From: Synergistales bacterium
GTDB taxonomy: Bacteria > Synergistota > Synergistia > Synergistales > JAFGMB01
NCBI GenBank assembly: GCA_963666205.1
Contig: OY762654.1
Span: 992,001-1,056,000 of the forward strand
DNA: 64,000 bases
Direction of reading: 5' to 3'
The notes beneath the pieces were generated by a model. The model did not search any database. It was not told the origin of the DNA and saw only the letters and a list, made by a program, of their open reading frames with translations. Positions 60,725-64,000 of this stretch are shown here, in pieces; the stretch's first letter is position 1, and every line of letters starts with the position of its first letter. Both the position numbers and the translations under genes were made by a program.

Positions 60725-60917
60725 CTCTCAATTACCTCCCTGGCTGATTAGTATGTGGGATCTTGAACACCATTGAATAGTGTACAGACCTGTTTTCTAA
60801 CCACCAGGGCAAAAAAGCCTGTTTTCCAGGGGACAGGAAGACCAATTTCCCAGGGACTTATGGACCATTTGTATTTCTCATTCGCTCAAGTCCCCCATAC
60901 CTGGGTGTATTTAGCCT

Positions 60918-61520
60918 TATCGGTGCGCTGGAGCGCACCCTGCAAAACTTTATCTTACCGGGCCGAAGGTCCGCCCGTCCTCGATTTGTTTAGTGGGTTT
61001 TGGCGGCTTTCCTCCGTGGTAGAAAGGTTTACGGTTCTAAGGTTCCAATCGTGCAAAATAGTATCACCGTTTTGCGCAGCATGTATTATAACAAGTGGTT
61101 ATGACTTTCCTCCGTGCTACTCCGTGACCTCCGTGGTAGATAGGTTTTAGCGTTTGGGCTTTACGGGTTTTCATGGCACAAATCTACGATTTCGTGCCTC
61201 CCCAAAACCTTTATCTTCGTAGGATATGGTCTGTCCGGACAAATATCGGATGTTATTCCTGTTCAGGTATACCAAGGTTTTACGCCTTCCTCCGTGTCCT
61301 CCGTGGTGAAAGGGTTATAACGGTTCAGCTTTATGGGTTTCCATGGCACAAATCTTCGATTTCGTGCCTCTCAAAAACCTCAATCTTAGTAGTATTGGAT
61401 CTTGCAAAACATAACCAAAGATTAGTCGCAGCATATTTATACAAAAGGGGTTAAGCTTTCCTCTGCGCTCTCTGCGCCCTCTGCGGTAAAACAGGTTTTG
61501 ACTCTGATTTTGACTTTGGT
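60918..61520. repeat. Mosaic repeat block 7
   Basis: REP-like GGTGCGCTGGAGCGCACC at 60922, hairpins at 61051, 61175 and 61345, 9-mer array at 61461. Confidence 0.9.
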
Positions 61521-61526
61521 TTTGAT

Positions 61527-61558
61527 AAAAAAAGAGGATAGCCTTTCGGCTACCCTCT
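61527..61558 (-). terminator. Rho-independent terminator
   Basis: AGAGGGTAGCC-GAAA-GGCTATCCTCT followed by a T run on the minus strand. Confidence 0.75.
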
Positions 61559-61579
61559 CTCAATTATCTTCTCAGCTTA

Positions 61580-62137
61580 TTACTTCAGCAGCCACACCAG
61601 CGGTAAAGCCAGCAGACCCATCAGAGGGCTTACAGCCCCGGCGTTACAACCGCCGCCACCGCCACCACCGGAAGTCTCTTCTTCTGCATTTACAAGATAG
61701 ACCTGGGAAGTTGAAAAATACAGAGAAGGATCTGTTATTGTGGCAACTCCATTCACGACCTCGATAAAATCATAATAATCAGAATGATTCTGGATCAATA
61801 TACCATCGGGATCAAGACCGGTACCCCTCACATCAATGGTTACTGTTCCAACAGGCGTAGTATCGTAGACTGCTTCCACACCCGCAAGGACGACGATCGT
61901 ATAAGTTCCGCTTACCGGCATATTAATATGATCACTGGTCACGCTGGAACTTAAAATACAAGAGGCACAGGAGTCCGTATCTGGAGAAAATATGATAGTC
62001 CCTGGATCAATGGACGTGTAAATCTCCGTATCGACATGTCCAACATGGCCTATATCATGACCTACCACAGCCATACCTACCGACGCAAAAACAAGAACAA
62101 GTGCTGCAGAAACTGCAAAAAGAACAACTTTTTTCAT
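61580..62137 (-). CDS. Synerg-CTERM sorting-signal surface protein
   Basis: N-terminal signal peptide and C-terminal SGGGGGGGCNAG..PLMGLLALPLVWLLK. Confidence 0.88.
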   Translation of the reverse strand: MKKVVLFAVSAALVLVFASVGMAVVGHDIGHVGHVDTEIYTSIDPGTIIFSPDTDSCASCILSSSVTSDHINMPVSGTYTIVVLAGVEAVYDTTPVGTVTIDVRGTGLDPDGILIQNHSDYYDFIEVVNGVATITDPSLYFSTSQVYLVNAEEETSGGGGGGGCNAGAVSPLMGLLALPLVWLLK

Positions 62138-62308
62138 GAATATATCCCCCTCCAGAAGAGAAATGATAAAAAATCAGTTATAACGTATACAGAAACGAAC
62201 CAACCCGGATTATAAACCTAACAACTTTATAGAGCAATATTAAAAAGATCTGAATACCGGAAATGTTACATTAGACCTATCCACCACAAAGGAAATATTT
62301 AAAAACAT

Positions 62309-63435
62309 GTTTAACCGCAGAGGACGCAGAGAAAACCGGGAGGAAAGCATAAAAACATCGCTATGTAGATTTTATTAATCTCCTGTTTTATATATACATG
62401 ACCTGATCCTACTAAGATAAAGGTTGATGTATGGCATCAAATCATCGATTTGTGCCAGGAAGCAAATATTTACAGTGGGCATCGAAGAAAATAACCTGGT
62501 TTTTTACCTGGAATATTTTAAATTGACTTAATTTTTATGTTCCATCATGTGATACCAGCGGCAGAAAAAGGTTCTCTTTTCTGCCGGCAGTCAACCTTAA
62601 AAAACAAAGAAATATTGTAATAAAACCGTAGAGTCAAAAACATTGCCCAAATTAAGTTTCAGTACTTGGGTTCCCTCTGCGCTCTCTGCGCCCTCTGCGG
62701 TTAGCTTAGGGTTAATAGGGGTAAAAGGTTTACGGTTCAGGTTTACGGGACCAATCGTGCAAAATAGTTCCATCATTTTGCGCAGCATAACAAGGAGTGT
62801 TAAGGGCCGAATGTCCGGCCAACCCGGCTTTAAGTTTTTTAGGAAGATCTTTGACGGAGGTTTTTGGCGGGTTTCCTCTGCGGTAAAAGAAAGATACTGA
62901 ATTTGTTTTTGACTTTGGTTTTATTGGTTAAGAGGTTTTCCTCTGTGACCTCTAGTTCGAAAGCACTACCTGGCACAAATCTACGATTTGGTGCCATACA
63001 TCAACCTCAGTCTAAGTAGCATAAGATCTGAGTGGACGTAACATCGGAATAAACACGCAGTATATGGATAAAATGGTTTGACGGGTTTCCTCAGGGTCTA
63101 CCTCTGCGAAACTCTGCGTAACCTCAGCGTCCTCTGCGGTAAAACAGCTTTTGATTTTGACCTGGTTTCCCTCCGTGTCCTCCGTGGTAGATAGGTTTTA
63201 GCGTTTTGGCTTTACGGGTTCCCATGGCACAAATCTCCGATTTTGTGCCTCCGGAAAAACTTGTTCACCAGGTTTTGTAAGTTTCAGGTTCTCGTTCTTA
63301 ATCGTGAAAAATCTAGTCTGATTTTTCGCAGCATGTTTCTTAAATCATTTGGTCTCGTTTTCCTCTGCGCTTCCTCTGCGCTCTCTGCGCCCTCTGCGGT
63401 AAAATAGCTTTTGACTTTGACCTGGTTTCCCCTCC
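62309..63435. repeat. Mosaic repeat block 8 (reverse 62309-62460, forward 62670-63435)
   Basis: Reversed 9-mer array and GGCAC hairpin, an AT-rich gap, then forward 9-mer arrays and hairpins at 62757, 62972, 63226 and 63304. Confidence 0.88.
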
Positions 63436-63653
63436 TGCAAAGTTATCAGTCTTGCATACATACGGTTAAAATCAAGGTCTGACCCCATTCTTTTTTTATA
63501 CTGATAATTCTTTTCATAAATTTCACAGGACCTTTTTCCCACTTTTTTCGGGTCAGGATCTGTATTTAATCTTGACCCTATGGTAAAACTGAATAAAAGT
63601 TCAAATATTTAATATTCCATACTTTTAAGAATATACATTATAATGTTTTTCTC

Positions 63654-63682
63654 TTGACTTTCCTTATTTAACTGCACATAAT
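63654..63682 (+). promoter_or_regulatory. Sigma70-type promoter
   Basis: TTGACT-17 nt-CATAAT upstream of the gene starting at 63837. Confidence 0.5.
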
Positions 63683-63836
63683 GAAATCATTGAGAGTATC
63701 ACGAGTTAGAGAACAAACCCTTCCCCTGTAAAACTATTACAATTAAATCTGAAGAGTTAGACAGTTGAAGTCAAAATTCAATGACCTTTTCTTTCTTACT
63801 TAGAGTAATTACACTTAAACGTCGGGAGTGTCTAAC

Positions 63837-64000
63837 GTGCATTTATGTTTTCGTCGTGGCATGGTATTTGCCATAGCCTTGTTCTTGTTACTGTTTTTAT
63901 CCATACCATCCTTTGCAGCAGGTGAAGGTGTATCAGGAGTTACCGGACCATCCTCTGCCCCATCGGGGTCAACCGGCAGTGATGCCGGACCTGGAGGCAT
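63837..64000 (+). CDS. Secreted Gly/Ser-rich protein, N-terminus only (3' truncated; surface protein/autotransporter-like)
   Basis: GGGAG RBS, GTG start, MHLCFRRGMVFAIALFLLLFLSIPSFA|AGEGVSGVTGPSSAPSGSTGSDAGPGG. Confidence 0.75.
   Translation, partial: MHLCFRRGMVFAIALFLLLFLSIPSFAAGEGVSGVTGPSSAPSGSTGSDAGPGG

Noticed and set aside
60740-60915. c-di-GMP riboswitch upstream of the pilin gene
   Set aside because: Some pairing potential exists, but the class I and class II consensus elements could not be found by eye; an Infernal/Rfam scan would settle it.
52458-63435. Repeat blocks as CRISPR arrays
   Set aside because: No constant repeat with unique equal-length spacers; intervening sequences are themselves repeated; no cas genes in the window.
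52458-63435. Integron cassette array
   Set aside because: No tyrosine integrase, no consistent RYYYAAC...GTTRRRY attC ends, and genes and modules occur in both orientations.
63815-64000. Minus-strand 61-aa ORF
   Set aside because: It is the shadow of a plus-strand signal-peptide ORF starting at 63837 that has an RBS and a promoter.
1-64000. tRNA or rRNA genes
   Set aside because: No cloverleaf or rRNA signatures seen in the intergenic regions by eye; tRNAscan-SE was not run.

Overview
Chromosomal window from an anaerobic amino-acid fermenter, most likely Synergistota, based on a Synerg-CTERM surface protein, a glycine-reductase cluster and outer-membrane AsmA/YjbH proteins. Positions 1-39.6 kb and 40.5-52.4 kb are mostly ordinary metabolism and signalling: UPF0182, aminopeptidase, transporters, a selenocysteine-containing grdE-grdB-grdA-grdX cluster, pantothenate genes (panF, yhdT, panC, panD), three GGDEF proteins and one HD-GYP protein, a radical SAM protein with a FadR regulator, TreT, kamA and NiaR with a probable niacin transporter. 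Two things stand out. (1) The spacer at 39.8-40.5 kb and every intergenic gap from 52.4 to 63.4 kb are filled with a mosaic of repeated modules: 7-mer and 9-mer tandem arrays, two short hairpins with compensatory base changes, and GTAG-REP-like palindromes. The modules switch orientation around a GxxExxY gene and an AAA-DUF4143 gene so that each is enclosed by inverted repeats. They also separate a second ATPase-nuclease gene and several surface-structure genes (YjbH, pilin, Synerg-CTERM, a Gly-rich secreted protein) in a cassette-like way. No integrase, transposase or Cas gene is present in the window. (2) A ProRS paralogue downstream of grdX has lost its aminoacylation motifs but keeps the INS editing domain and the anticodon-binding domain. 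All calls come from reading the sequence by eye; no searches were run.
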